From contig CP128822.1 in the NCBI GenBank assembly GCA_051546255.1, forward strand, positions 124,001-188,000: 64,000 bases of DNA, in the 5' to 3' direction. A program made the position numbers and the translations under genes. Every line of letters starts with the position of its first letter. The first letter of the stretch is position 1. The DNA is from Meyerozyma guilliermondii. Lineage: Eukaryota. This document shows positions 11,096 to 21,691 of the stretch, in pieces. The notes under the pieces were generated by a model. That model was not told the DNA's origin, did not search any database, and was given only the letters and a program-made list of their open reading frames with translations.

Positions 11096-11301
11096 AAGTT
11101 GGTGAGATTGTGAAAGGAGATTTGAATTAAAAAAATGAGATTAGAATTACTGCAAAAAAAAAAAGTATTATTGGACACGCAATCGAAAAAAAAGAGCAAT
11201 GTTGCTAAGACTCAAGAACATGAAAACTTAGAACCTAGAGAAGATTTACCTATTTCTTTCAATTTCTTTACTAACATATATTATCCTACTAATATGAAAC
11301 C

Positions 11302-12222
11302 TCAATTACACACACTGATAAGCTCATTCCACAATTGCTCCTGTCTCTTCTTATTATAAGAATCGTCAGAGGTCCTAATTATCTTTCCCTGGTCACAATA
11401 AGCTACATTGTTTGCTTGCTGATATATCTTTTCATCAAAAGCACACTCTGCAAGAAGCTTACCAGCCTTGGGAACCGTAGTAGCCCAGCCAAGCATTCTG
11501 AACACATAAGATCCCAATGTGAACATTACTTTCCCAGCAGCAGAATTATCTCTGAATAAACCACTAGTTGGAACAAAACCTGGCTCATAAACGATAAATT
11601 TGACATCCTTGTTATCGGCTGCAAATTTATACATGAGATAAAGAACAGCCATTTTGCTGACTGCATAAGCTCTGCCACCTGCTGTGGTAGTAGTAGGATC
11701 AGGATCTCCACCAGTCTTCGTTGGAAGCATTATTTCACGAACATCGTTGTCGTTCCAATAGAGTGGAGGAACGAATCCATGGTTGTGCTCTTTATCAGCA
11801 AAATGAACATTGCTTCCAGTCACAAAGATCCTAGGCTCAGATACCTTTCTCAAGTATGGCAACAACTCTCTGACAATGATAAAAGGTGCAATTACATTGA
11901 TTTGAAACGTTGCTTCGAAACCGTCCTCTGTGGCCCTTGTGCGATTATTGAACGAAGCACCAGCATTGTTCAACAAATATTTAATTGGGGGAGCTTTGCC
12001 GTTGTCAATTAGTTTCTTTACTTGAGTCATTGCTTCTTTCACACTGGAAATGGACGAAAGATCACATTTTACCAAAGAAAGGTTGGCCGATTTTGCAACT
12101 TTTTGGGGGTCCCGACATAGCATAATATGATGAAGATCAGCATGATCCACATCAATATAACGTTTTGCCACTCCTCCAATACCGCTTGATAATCCTGTAC
12201 TCACAAAGCTATACTTCAACAT
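11302..12222 (-). CDS. Short-chain dehydrogenase/reductase (retinol-DH/protochlorophyllide-reductase-like)
   Basis: TGLSSGIG, CDLSS, LLNNAG, catalytic YAVSK, EPGFV. Confidence 0.9.
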   Translation of the reverse strand: MLKYSFVSTGLSSGIGGVAKRYIDVDHADLHHIMLCRDPQKVAKSANLSLVKCDLSSISSVKEAMTQVKKLIDNGKAPPIKYLLNNAGASFNNRTRATEDGFEATFQINVIAPFIIVRELLPYLRKVSEPRIFVTGSNVHFADKEHNHGFVPPLYWNDNDVREIMLPTKTGGDPDPTTTTAGGRAYAVSKMAVLYLMYKFAADNKDVKFIVYEPGFVPTSGLFRDNSAAGKVMFTLGSYVFRMLGWATTVPKAGKLLAECAFDEKIYQQANNVAYCDQGKIIRTSDDSYNKKRQEQLWNELISVCN

Positions 12223-12278
12223 CCTTGCTGCAAAAGTGAGAGGATCGCTTTTTATAAGTTGCAGCCATTTCGCGGCTA

Positions 12279-12357
12279 CCGTAATTACGGCCTAAAATCC
12301 GCATCGTAATTACGCGACTAGACTAATCCGAACAAGCTTGGGTTTCGTAATTACGAA
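12279..12357. promoter_or_regulatory. Three copies of palindrome CGTAATTACG upstream of the SDR gene
   Basis: CCGTAATTACGG 12279-12290, CGTAATTACG 12305-12314, TTCGTAATTACGAA 12344-12357; TATAAAA on the minus strand near 12250. The repeat is seen directly; a regulatory role is inferred. Confidence 0.65.
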
Positions 12358-12464
12358 CATTCTCAGTAATGATAGAGTCTACACAAAAATTGGTACTAAG
12401 CTACCATTATTTTTTATTCAAGTCTTGAAAAACATTATTCGTCTAGATTTTATCCTATGTCGTC

Positions 12465-13694
12465 TCATGAAGCGGCAGCAATAGGTTCGGGCTTACGTTT
12501 CTTGGCTTCTTCGCCGTCTCTCTTTGTTTCATCATGAGTAGGATAAGTGTTATATCCTAAATCGTCTCTTCCGTAAAACGTTGAACGATCATAAGGGTTC
12601 AATTCCCATCCATTTTTCAACCGATACACCAAATCAGGGTTTGAAATGTTGTAACGAGCAAATCCAACAAGAGTACGATCATTCTCCAAATCATTAATTG
12701 CGTGAGTAAAGTGAGGAGCATCATAAGTGTAGTTTCCAGCCTTGAGAATTGTACCCTTCCACACATCTTCAACAAAATCATTGCTACCGACTTGTTCCTG
12801 CTTATCGACATCAAGGTTACCGTTGACTCTTGGTTCAACCAAGGAAACATAAGCCAATCTGTTACCCTTTTCTGCTCTCTTTTCAAGCTCGTGCAAGATA
12901 TAACTGTAGGTAGTTAATGGGTGAATCTCGCCGTGGATAGATGGCATACCCTGGAAAGTTGCCCATGGAGAAAGTCTGATACCCAATTTGTCGGCACCGA
13001 CAATCGAGATCATATGGTCAACAAGTTCCAACACAAATCTTGCACGGTTCTCAATGGAACCACCATATTCATCAGTTCTTTGATTACTGGCAGACTCTAT
13101 GAATTGGTGGAGCAAGTAGCCATGAGCTCCGTGCAACTCAATGTAGTCGAAGCCAGCTTCTACCGCATTTTTCGCAGCTTTATCATATTGCTTGTAAATT
13201 TGATCTTTGATTTCTTGCTCAGTTAAAGCCCTGAGAGGGTTTCCAGCTTCTTCAGCTTGCTGGCGGTTTTGATCGCAATCATAAATGGCCGATGGTCCCA
13301 CAAGAGGTACACCAGACTTTTTCATATATGCTGGATCACCACCAGCTCTTCCCAAGTTCCACAATTGCAACGAGATGAAGGACTTGTTATCGTGAACTTT
13401 CTTGACGATTTCCTTCCATGCTTTGGTGTGTCTTTCAGTCCAAATTCCAGGAACACCTTCCATCAATCCAGCTTCAGCAAATGGAAAAGTACCCTCACTA
13501 ACTACTAAAGAACCAGGGAACTTTGTTCTCTCGTCATAGTACCTTACTGCCAAATTAGAGGGTGTATGGTCTTCCAAAGATCTGGTTCTTGTTGCTGGAC
13601 AGAAGAATACTCTGTGATTAAGAGTGTTCTTTCCAACCTTAATTGGCTTGAACATTTTGGTGTCACCAAGGGGAGATATTTGAACGTGAGACAT
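12465..13694 (-). CDS. Old Yellow Enzyme (NADPH ene-reductase), copy 1
   Basis: PATRTR, QLWNLGR, ELHGAHGYLL, RTDEYGGSIENRARF, IRLSPW, SNPDL. Confidence 0.96.
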   Translation of the reverse strand: MSHVQISPLGDTKMFKPIKVGKNTLNHRVFFCPATRTRSLEDHTPSNLAVRYYDERTKFPGSLVVSEGTFPFAEAGLMEGVPGIWTERHTKAWKEIVKKVHDNKSFISLQLWNLGRAGGDPAYMKKSGVPLVGPSAIYDCDQNRQQAEEAGNPLRALTEQEIKDQIYKQYDKAAKNAVEAGFDYIELHGAHGYLLHQFIESASNQRTDEYGGSIENRARFVLELVDHMISIVGADKLGIRLSPWATFQGMPSIHGEIHPLTTYSYILHELEKRAEKGNRLAYVSLVEPRVNGNLDVDKQEQVGSNDFVEDVWKGTILKAGNYTYDAPHFTHAINDLENDRTLVGFARYNISNPDLVYRLKNGWELNPYDRSTFYGRDDLGYNTYPTHDETKRDGEEAKKRKPEPIAAAS

Positions 13695-14321
13695 TTTTTT
13701 TAAGTTGCGAAATTTTTTGGCAATGGGTATATTTTATACGACCCGGATACCCACAAGGTTCAAGCGGAGCAATTTTACACCTGTGTGCCAAAGCTGCAGG
13801 GTTTGTCAGACATGCAGGAAAAATGTGCAATTAAATCGGAAAAAGGAAAATCGACCCGAGAAAAAAGGTGAAATATGCGGGAGACGGCGGGGTCTGTGCA
13901 GGTCCACTATTCGATTGCTGCATGGACTTCCGATTAGCAAGTATCCTTGTTGCGAAGAATAATGAAGGACTGACGGAACGTGGCATGGTCACCTTCCCTA
14001 AAAATGGAAAAATCAGATCTGGGAAGGTGACTGATTCAATATATAATACGTCATCTGCAAGCAGATCTGCAGGCAGACGCATGGAAGGTGTGGAGCAGAT
14101 CGATTCACGAAGTTCGATAAGACATCGCCACTAGTCAATTTCCATTCGTATGATTGTAAGGTCACAGTTCATTGTGTTGTTATTGGATTGTGGCTAATTC
14201 TCTTCTTTTCGTGAAAACCCACTATAGCGTTTATCGATTGCTCTCTGTTCTGACGATACCTTAACTTGCTTGATTCAATGGCTTCTGCTTTCTTTCAACG
14301 GCTTCTTCTGTAGCCTGTAGT

Positions 14322-15500
14322 TTAACTGTCTGAAGTCACAGGCTCTTCTGCTTCACTCCGAACATCCAGCCACAAAAAGATACGGCGAAAGTAGAGAGAG
14401 ACGAAACAAAGAATCATAAGGAGAGGAATCTCCAACACTGGGCCAAAGGTGGCTGCGATTGCCTGTTTGCTGTTGGCTCCGTAGAGTGAAATTGCAACAG
14501 AAAGACTCAATTCAAAGTTATTTGAAGCAGCAGTAAATGCATGTGTAGCCACCTCTTGGTATGGAGCCGAGCACCACATTTTCCATGCTTTGGGGTTTGA
14601 TTCCTTCTCTTTTTCACAGCCACATAATAGAGGGTTGTTTTCCTCTTGCACAAGAACGGTTCTACCCAAAAGCCACCGTAACCCAAAAAATGTAGCGTTC
14701 CAAACCACCACGAAATACACAAAAAGTGGAGCAAAACACCGGAAAGCTGGGCCTGTTTCGTGGAGAAAATCTTTGCCTTTTTCAATAAAAATTACAATCA
14801 CCGTGTAGAGAAGTCCTAATGGAGCAAAAGGTGAAAGAATCTTGGTTCCCAATTCCACTCCAATGGAAATCTTTGCGAGAAATCTCAATACTATTCCCGC
14901 CACAATTGGAATACCCAAGAAAAACACCAACGTTTTAGCCACCAAAGAGTAAGATATCATAGATGGAATCGGATCGCCAGAAATAACGTAACACAAGAGA
15001 AGCTGGTAGGGAGCATACAACACCAACTGCAACAAACTGTTGACCACAACAATTATGGCGCACAAATCGGTGCTTCCGCCAGCAATATCGTTCCAAAGAA
15101 CAACCATAGCAATACATCTGGCGGTTCCAATCATGATGATTCCTGTTCGAAATTCAGGTTGATCGAACAAGGTGAGCCATGCGAGTCCAAGCATGAAAAG
15201 TGGACAAATAATCCAGTTGAGAACTAATGAAATCATCATGGATCTTGCGAACAGCCGTGTGAACATGGTTTGGTTCAAAAATTCCCATCTAACTTTGAAA
15301 AATGGTGGGATCATCATGATGATCATACCCACTGCCAACGGCACGGAAACCCCAACAACCGTTACTCCACCAAAAGAAGACTGAGCATTTGGAGCATATA
15401 CGGAGATCACGATACCGATTATGATTGCCAAGATGATCAAAAGTGGGAGTAGTTTATCCACAAGGGAAACCTTTTTGTTGACATCTTGCGCCAAAGTCAT
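14322..15500 (-). CDS. ARR3: Acr3-family arsenite efflux transporter
   Basis: MMIPP, ISLVLNWIICP, GTARCIAMV, TAASNNFELSLSVAISLYG, FGPVLEIP; about 10 TM segments; ATG at 15500. Confidence 0.93.
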   Translation of the reverse strand: MTLAQDVNKKVSLVDKLLPLLIILAIIIGIVISVYAPNAQSSFGGVTVVGVSVPLAVGMIIMMIPPFFKVRWEFLNQTMFTRLFARSMMISLVLNWIICPLFMLGLAWLTLFDQPEFRTGIIMIGTARCIAMVVLWNDIAGGSTDLCAIIVVVNSLLQLVLYAPYQLLLCYVISGDPIPSMISYSLVAKTLVFFLGIPIVAGIVLRFLAKISIGVELGTKILSPFAPLGLLYTVIVIFIEKGKDFLHETGPAFRCFAPLFVYFVVVWNATFFGLRWLLGRTVLVQEENNPLLCGCEKEKESNPKAWKMWCSAPYQEVATHAFTAASNNFELSLSVAISLYGANSKQAIAATFGPVLEIPLLMILCFVSLYFRRIFLWLDVRSEAEEPVTSDS

Positions 15501-16149
15501 TGCAGTATAATTGAGATTTGAGATTTGAAATTTTTGTGCGCGGCTGACTAAGAAAACGGTTTGACTCTGCTCAATGCCAAGAAACAAAACGTGCCATTAA
15601 AAGAAATTGTAAGTAGATTACAGATCTTATTAGTCAGTAAGTCAAAAATTGTTAAAGATTCTATAGAGAAGAATAGGGTAAGAAATGGAAGTCAAATATT
15701 AAGTCCATGTGGCTAATGAAGTGGACTGCACATAATTTCTCACACAATCTTTTCAAATATCGTATTAAGCTAATGACCTGAGAAAGACCTGATAAAGTCT
15801 CGTTGCGACACAGTTTTGCAAAAGACTTACATAGTTGAGAAGACTATACCGCGAACCTGATTAAACCTTCCAGGCTTATTCAAGACTTGTATAGACTCAA
15901 GCCGGGATCACGTGTTTAGTCATAAGAAGCACCATTTTCATATGTCGTTCGGGAATTCGACGGGATATCTTAATATGTTGGATTTATGCCCACAAAGGTT
16001 ACAAGATTAAGACTCTTTAGTGGGGTCGAATAGAAAAAATGACAGATTCCTCTTTTATGCGTCATGCAAGCACTGCATTCTTCATGCATGAAGTGCGGCT
16101 GAAGGTACATTGACAGGAGAGAGTAAATTATCAGTAAACTTCTTCATCA

Positions 16150-16377
16150 ATGACCTCTCGAACTTTTGGGTTTTTATCGATCGTGCCTTTGTTGCTAATT
16201 TCACCGGCTCATGCTTTATTTTCGGGGATATATGCTTACTCGGTAAAGTTGGCCGTAGATGATGAAACATATCGAACATTTTGCGGGAAGCAAGATGAGT
16301 CCCTTGACGTGCTAATGAAATATTGTGGATATGATCCGAATGAATATAAAGATGAAGACAGTAAACCAAAAGATTGA
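16150..16377 (+). CDS. Possible 75-aa small protein with signal-peptide-like N-terminus, or a gene relic
   Basis: ATG-started ORF; hydrophobic N-terminus ending AHA, two Cys, charged tail; no recognised homology. Confidence 0.2.
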   Translation: MTSRTFGFLSIVPLLLISPAHALFSGIYAYSVKLAVDDETYRTFCGKQDESLDVLMKYCGYDPNEYKDEDSKPKD

Positions 16378-16941
16378 GACAAAATTGTAAATATTTTAAA
16401 ACAATTTGAAAATCAAGTGGACCAGTAACTAAGAAATTAATGAATATTTTTAATTGAATCCAGAGTAGTAAACGAATTAGCTCTATAGTTCGGTCTGTGG
16501 TTCATACTTTGAACTTTAAGAGAGTAGGAACTAGCGAAAATGCGCCTATAATGAACTTTCGTAACACTATACACTTTTAATGAAAAAAGACCAGTTTAGA
16601 AAGTCATTTGTGAGAGGTACACAGACACTCGGGTTTAAATTCTCAAGAAAAGAAAGTTTCAAAGTGGTTGCAACATCTCCTAAATATTTCGCAGCCATTG
16701 ACCAAGTCAAAAAATCTCTACCCTTTCACAATCGTATATTTTGTTTAAAAAACTTTAAATCAATCCGTATAGTTATAGACTACTATATCCGTATAGAGAC
16801 TTATAGCCGTACACACATTACTATTTGGTTAATAGTTACCTGATATAATATCTAAAGTTAGTTTTCATAATACGAAAAAGTATTCCATCTAATATTAAAC
16901 CATCAGTACCTTTACTAATTTACTTTTCATATCTATCTCTA

Positions 16942-18162
16942 TTAAGCAGCAATTGGCTCAGGCTTTCTATTCTTGCCGGATTCCTCGTCTCTAGGGGGCT
17001 CTCCATGGAACGAATAGGTATTGTAGCGGTAATCGTCGCTTCTATAAAAAGAGGGCCTGTCGTATGGTTGGAGATCCCAGCCATTTTTAAGCCTTTCAAC
17101 CAAATCTGGATTGGAGATATAGTAACGACAGAAACCAATGACTGTTCTATCGTTGGCAAGATCGGTTTCAACTCGTTTGAATTCTGGGGCATCATAAGTG
17201 TATCCACCCGCTCTCAAAACTGTGCCCTTCCAAATATCGTAGACAAACGAATTGTCACCAACTTGGTGTTCTTTCTTGACAGTGGAGTTTCCATCAACTC
17301 TAGGCTCGATAATGGACACATACGCCAACCTATTTCCCTTCTGAGCTCTTTTTTCCAATTCGTGTAAAATGTAACTGTAAGTGGTCAATGGATCGATCTC
17401 TGCACCTTTGGTCAGCATGCCCTGGAATGTCGACCATGGAGAAATCCTGAGCCCAATCTTGTCGGCACCAATCTCAGCAGTCAATTTGTCAATGATTTCC
17501 AACACAAACCTGGCTCTATTTTCAATCGAACCGCCATATTGGTCTGTGCGCTGATTACTGGCAACGTCAATAAATTGGTTGGGAAGGTAGCCGTTTGCAG
17601 CGTGGACTTCGACATAGTCGAACCCGGCTCTAAGAGCATTATGGGCAGCTTTGGGGTACTTGTTGTTGATAATATCGTGGATTTCATCCAAGGTTAATTC
17701 TCGCAAAGGATTGCCAGCAGCAATGGCAGCTTTTTTCGTTTCCTCATCATGGTAAATAGCCGATGGAGCAACAAATGGATGATTCTTGTTGTCTGCAATG
17801 GTTGGGTCGGCTACACGGCCCGAATTGAACAACTGGAGTGAAATGAAAGATTTGTTTTCATGAACTTTATCGACAATTTTTTTCCATGCTTCAATATGTC
17901 TTTCAGTATAAATTCCTGGAGTTCTTTCCCATACTTGACCCTCTTCGTAAGTGAAAGTTCCTTCAGTAGTCACGAGCGAGCCGGGAAACTTGCTTCTTTC
18001 GTCATAGAGTTGCAATGCCAAATTCGATGGAGTACCGTCTTCTAAAGCCTTGAGTCTTGTAGTTGGGCACATGAAAAGTCTATTGGAAAGAGTATTCTTT
18101 CCCACCTGTATAGGCTCAAACACCTTTGTGTCCCCGAGGGGTTTAACTTTAATTGCCAGCAT
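16942..18162 (-). CDS. Old Yellow Enzyme, copy 2 (His/Asn type)
   Basis: PTTRLK, QLFNSGR, EVHAANGYL, RTDQYGGSIENRARF; begins ATG CTG = Met-Ser like its paralogs. Confidence 0.96.
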   Translation of the reverse strand: MLAIKVKPLGDTKVFEPIQVGKNTLSNRLFMCPTTRLKALEDGTPSNLALQLYDERSKFPGSLVTTEGTFTYEEGQVWERTPGIYTERHIEAWKKIVDKVHENKSFISLQLFNSGRVADPTIADNKNHPFVAPSAIYHDEETKKAAIAAGNPLRELTLDEIHDIINNKYPKAAHNALRAGFDYVEVHAANGYLPNQFIDVASNQRTDQYGGSIENRARFVLEIIDKLTAEIGADKIGLRISPWSTFQGMLTKGAEIDPLTTYSYILHELEKRAQKGNRLAYVSIIEPRVDGNSTVKKEHQVGDNSFVYDIWKGTVLRAGGYTYDAPEFKRVETDLANDRTVIGFCRYYISNPDLVERLKNGWDLQPYDRPSFYRSDDYRYNTYSFHGEPPRDEESGKNRKPEPIAA

Positions 18163-18413
18163 GAGGGCGTTGCATAATGGGATGGATATTTATACGATTT
18201 GTTGAAAAAACGTTAGTAAGCATTTGCAACCGGTCCCGGAGATCGGCCAAGAATTCCGAGCCGCGGTTTTTCCATATCAAGTAGTGCTCTGACAAATGGT
18301 GCATGAATGACAAATAGAAACTAGAGTACAACATAAATTTCAAAAGATCTAATCTAGGAAAACGTAGAAGAAACCTCTATTCTAGTAAATTTCTATTCGA
18401 AGAATAGAAATTA

Positions 18414-19640
18414 TTATGCCTTGGCCCCAATAGGCTTTGGCTTTCTGTTTTTTGCAGCCTCTATTTCCTCTTCTGTTTGTCCCTCGTATGGATAAGTATT
18501 GTATCCCCAGTCGTCCTTTCGATAAAAGAGAGAACGGTCGTAAGGCTTGAGTGGAGTCCCGTCCTTCAATCGCTGAACCAAGTCTGGATTCGAGACGTAA
18601 TAGCGACTGAACCCGACTAACGTACGGTCGTTTTCAACGTCTTTAATCACCAGATTGAACTTTGGAGCATCATATGTGTAGTTTCCCGCCTTGAGAATGG
18701 TTCCCTTCCAAATATCTTCAACAAAACCATTGTCTCCAGTTTGGTCTTTGGTTTCAAGAGTAGTAGACCCATTGACTCTAGGCTCTACAATGGAAATGTA
18801 GGCTAACCGATTCCCGGCTTTAGCCCGTTTTTCAAGCTCGTGTAGCAAGTAGCTGTAGGTGGTCAATGGATGGGTATCACCATGAATACCAGGCATACCT
18901 TTAATAGTCACCCATGGAGAAAGACGAATAGCAAGTTTGTCAGCACCAACTATCGGAATAAGATGGTCAATGAGCTCCAACACAAACCTGGCTCTGTTCT
19001 CTACCGATCCACCATACTTGTCTGTCCTTTGGTTGGAGGTATCTTCCAAGAATTGGTGCAACAAGTAGCCGTGAGCATCATGTAACTCCAAGTAGTCGAA
19101 CCCAGCCTCAACGGCATTTTTTGCAGCCGTGGTGTATTCCACATAAATCTGGTTGTGGATTTCCTCTTCGGTCAATGCTCTAATAGGATTATTCGCAGCC
19201 TCGGCTTCTTCCCGAGCATCTTTGTCGGGATAAATGGCTGAAGGTGCCAAGTAGGGTAAGCCTACTGCCTTCAAATCTTTGGGGTTATCAAGTCGACCCA
19301 AGTTCCAAAGCTGAATTGCAATAAACGAATTGTTCTCGTGAACCTTATCCACAATTTTTTTCCATCCTTTGGTGTGTTCTGGGGTATATATTCCCGGAAC
19401 TCCTGCCATGGTTCCGGCCTGAGGAAATGAAAAAGTGGCTTCGGTGACCACAAGCGAACCAGCATACTTTGTTCTTTCGTCGTAGTTGCGCAATTGCAAG
19501 TTCGAAGGAGTCCGATCGTCCAATGCTCTGGTTCTTGTGGAGGGGGCATAAAAAATTCGGTTGGAAAGGAGGTTTTTTCCAACTTGAATCGGCTGGAAAA
19601 CCTTGGTGTTTTTAAGTGGAGTGAAGTTTATTTCGGACAT
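18414..19640 (-). CDS. Old Yellow Enzyme, copy 3
   Basis: PSTRTR, QLWNLGR, ELHDAHGYLL, RTDKYGGSVENRARF; ATG at 19640. Confidence 0.95.
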   Translation of the reverse strand: MSEINFTPLKNTKVFQPIQVGKNLLSNRIFYAPSTRTRALDDRTPSNLQLRNYDERTKYAGSLVVTEATFSFPQAGTMAGVPGIYTPEHTKGWKKIVDKVHENNSFIAIQLWNLGRLDNPKDLKAVGLPYLAPSAIYPDKDAREEAEAANNPIRALTEEEIHNQIYVEYTTAAKNAVEAGFDYLELHDAHGYLLHQFLEDTSNQRTDKYGGSVENRARFVLELIDHLIPIVGADKLAIRLSPWVTIKGMPGIHGDTHPLTTYSYLLHELEKRAKAGNRLAYISIVEPRVNGSTTLETKDQTGDNGFVEDIWKGTILKAGNYTYDAPKFNLVIKDVENDRTLVGFSRYYVSNPDLVQRLKDGTPLKPYDRSLFYRKDDWGYNTYPYEGQTEEEIEAAKNRKPKPIGAKA

Positions 19641-19875
19641 TAAACAGTTGATAACAATTAAAGTCAATTGAAGTTAATTAACTTGACTTTAAAGGGGCTA
19701 AATGATGCCACAATGTTTCGCTATAATTATTGTGGTGCGGCGCTGCATTAGTAAGACAATTTGCAACCAACGAGAAACGAAAATAAAATGAGAACGAGAT
19801 AAGAATACATCGTATACTCCCTTCATCTACTCAATGAATTCTATTGTAAAATGAATCATCTATAAATTCTATGGT

Positions 19876-21096
19876 CTATTGAACTAGAAGTTCCTCAGGA
19901 ACTCTCTTTTTTGCAACCTCAGCATCTTCCCTCTTCTTTCCATACTTTGGATAGTCGTTGTAACCAAAATCGGATCTGCCATAAAAGGTTGGTCTTTCAT
20001 AGGGAGAGAGCTCGTGGCCCTTTTGGAGTCTTGAAATGAGATCGGGGTTGGAAATAAAGTACCGACTGAATCCAACAAGTGTACGATCGTCGGAAACATC
20101 ATCGAGTAATTGACCAAATTTGGGTGCGTCGTAAGTATAATTACCAGCTTGCAAAATTGTTCCGTTCCACAATTCCTTGACAAAGTCATTGCTACCAACT
20201 TGGTCTTTTTCCTCGACATCAAGATTGCCGGCGACTCTTGGCTCAACCAAGGAAATGTATGCCAATCTGTTTCCAGCTTTAGCTCTCTTTTCCAACTCAT
20301 GAACCAAGTAACTGTAGGTGGTTACTGGATGAATGGAGCCGTTAGCACCTTCCATACCTTGGAAAGCAGCCCATGGTGAGATTCTGATACCGAGTCTTTC
20401 AGCTCCAACTATGGAGATCATGTGGTCAACAAGTTCCAACACAAATCTCGCCCGGTTCTCAATGGATCCACCGTATTTGTCTGTACGCTTGTTACTGGAC
20501 TCTTCAAGGAATTCATGCAATAAGTAACCGTGGGCAGCATGAAGCTCAATATAATCGAAACCTGCTTCCAATGAGTTTTTCGCAGCTTGGCCGTACTGGT
20601 CGTAAATCATGTGCTTGATTTCCTCTTCGGTCATAGCACGAAGTGGGTTTCCAGCCTTTTCAGCAGCTTTCTTGGAATCTTCGTCATAGTAAAGTGCCGA
20701 AGGAGCCAAGAATGGTAAACCGGCGTCTTTCAAAAGTGCTGGGTCTCCGGTTCTTCCCAAGTTCCACAATTGAATAGCTGCAAATGACTTGTTTTCGTGA
20801 ATCTTTTCAACGATATGCTTCCATGCTTTAACATGTTTTTCGGTGTAAATACCAGGAACACCCTCGTACAAACCACCCTGGGCAAATGGAAAAGTACCCT
20901 CAGAAATTATCAATGTTCCTGGGAATTTGGATCTCTCGTCATAATACTTGACTGCCAAGTTGGAGGGAGTGTGGTCTTCTACTGATCTAGTTCTGGTCGT
21001 TGGGGGAAAAAACACTCTATGTGAAAGGGTATTCTTTCCAAGCTTAATGGGTTGAAAAACTTTTGTGTCACCTAAGGGGGAAATGTTCACAGACAT
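19876..21096 (-). CDS. Old Yellow Enzyme, copy 4
   Basis: PTTRTR, QLWNLGR, ELHAAHGYLL, RTDKYGGSIENRARF. Confidence 0.96.
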   Translation of the reverse strand: MSVNISPLGDTKVFQPIKLGKNTLSHRVFFPPTTRTRSVEDHTPSNLAVKYYDERSKFPGTLIISEGTFPFAQGGLYEGVPGIYTEKHVKAWKHIVEKIHENKSFAAIQLWNLGRTGDPALLKDAGLPFLAPSALYYDEDSKKAAEKAGNPLRAMTEEEIKHMIYDQYGQAAKNSLEAGFDYIELHAAHGYLLHEFLEESSNKRTDKYGGSIENRARFVLELVDHMISIVGAERLGIRISPWAAFQGMEGANGSIHPVTTYSYLVHELEKRAKAGNRLAYISLVEPRVAGNLDVEEKDQVGSNDFVKELWNGTILQAGNYTYDAPKFGQLLDDVSDDRTLVGFSRYFISNPDLISRLQKGHELSPYERPTFYGRSDFGYNDYPKYGKKREDAEVAKKRVPEELLVQ

Positions 21097-21691
21097 AATT
21101 GATTAGAAGACGAGGGTGTATTTGGATATTTATATACCCTCGGAAAAGATTACAAATCGCCGATATCATGCCGAATCACGACACTTCGCTTACATTAGTA
21201 ATATATTGCTGCAAATTTTGTGCAGATTTTTCTGCAGGTTTTTCATGCAGTTTGCAGCAATTGTGCGCACGTTTCGCGTTGCTGCATGGGGATGAGATGC
21301 AAGACAATAAGACCTGGAGGGACTAAACGAAGCTATATCATGAATCTACTGCAATCCATATACGTTTCGTTCGAAGAAAGTTCCTGAATGGTTGAATCCA
21401 TTTTGAAATTGCCGATATGTCCGACCTGAAACTGATTGGGTTTTTGCACCCACCATTGATGGTCAATGAGCTCCATGACAAACCATTCTCTTTATCCACT
21501 GTACTTGACTGCCCTTGGTTGGAGTGCCTTCCCAGCCTCAAAACATTTTTGCAGTGGTGTATTGGTATAGCACAATGTTGCAATTGCAACCGCTACATAC
21601 CAGCTCAAAACACCAGCTCGAAGCAATTTCTACTCAAAAAAATGTAATGACGCCTGAATTAAATAATCTCTATAACATAATATGACAATCT

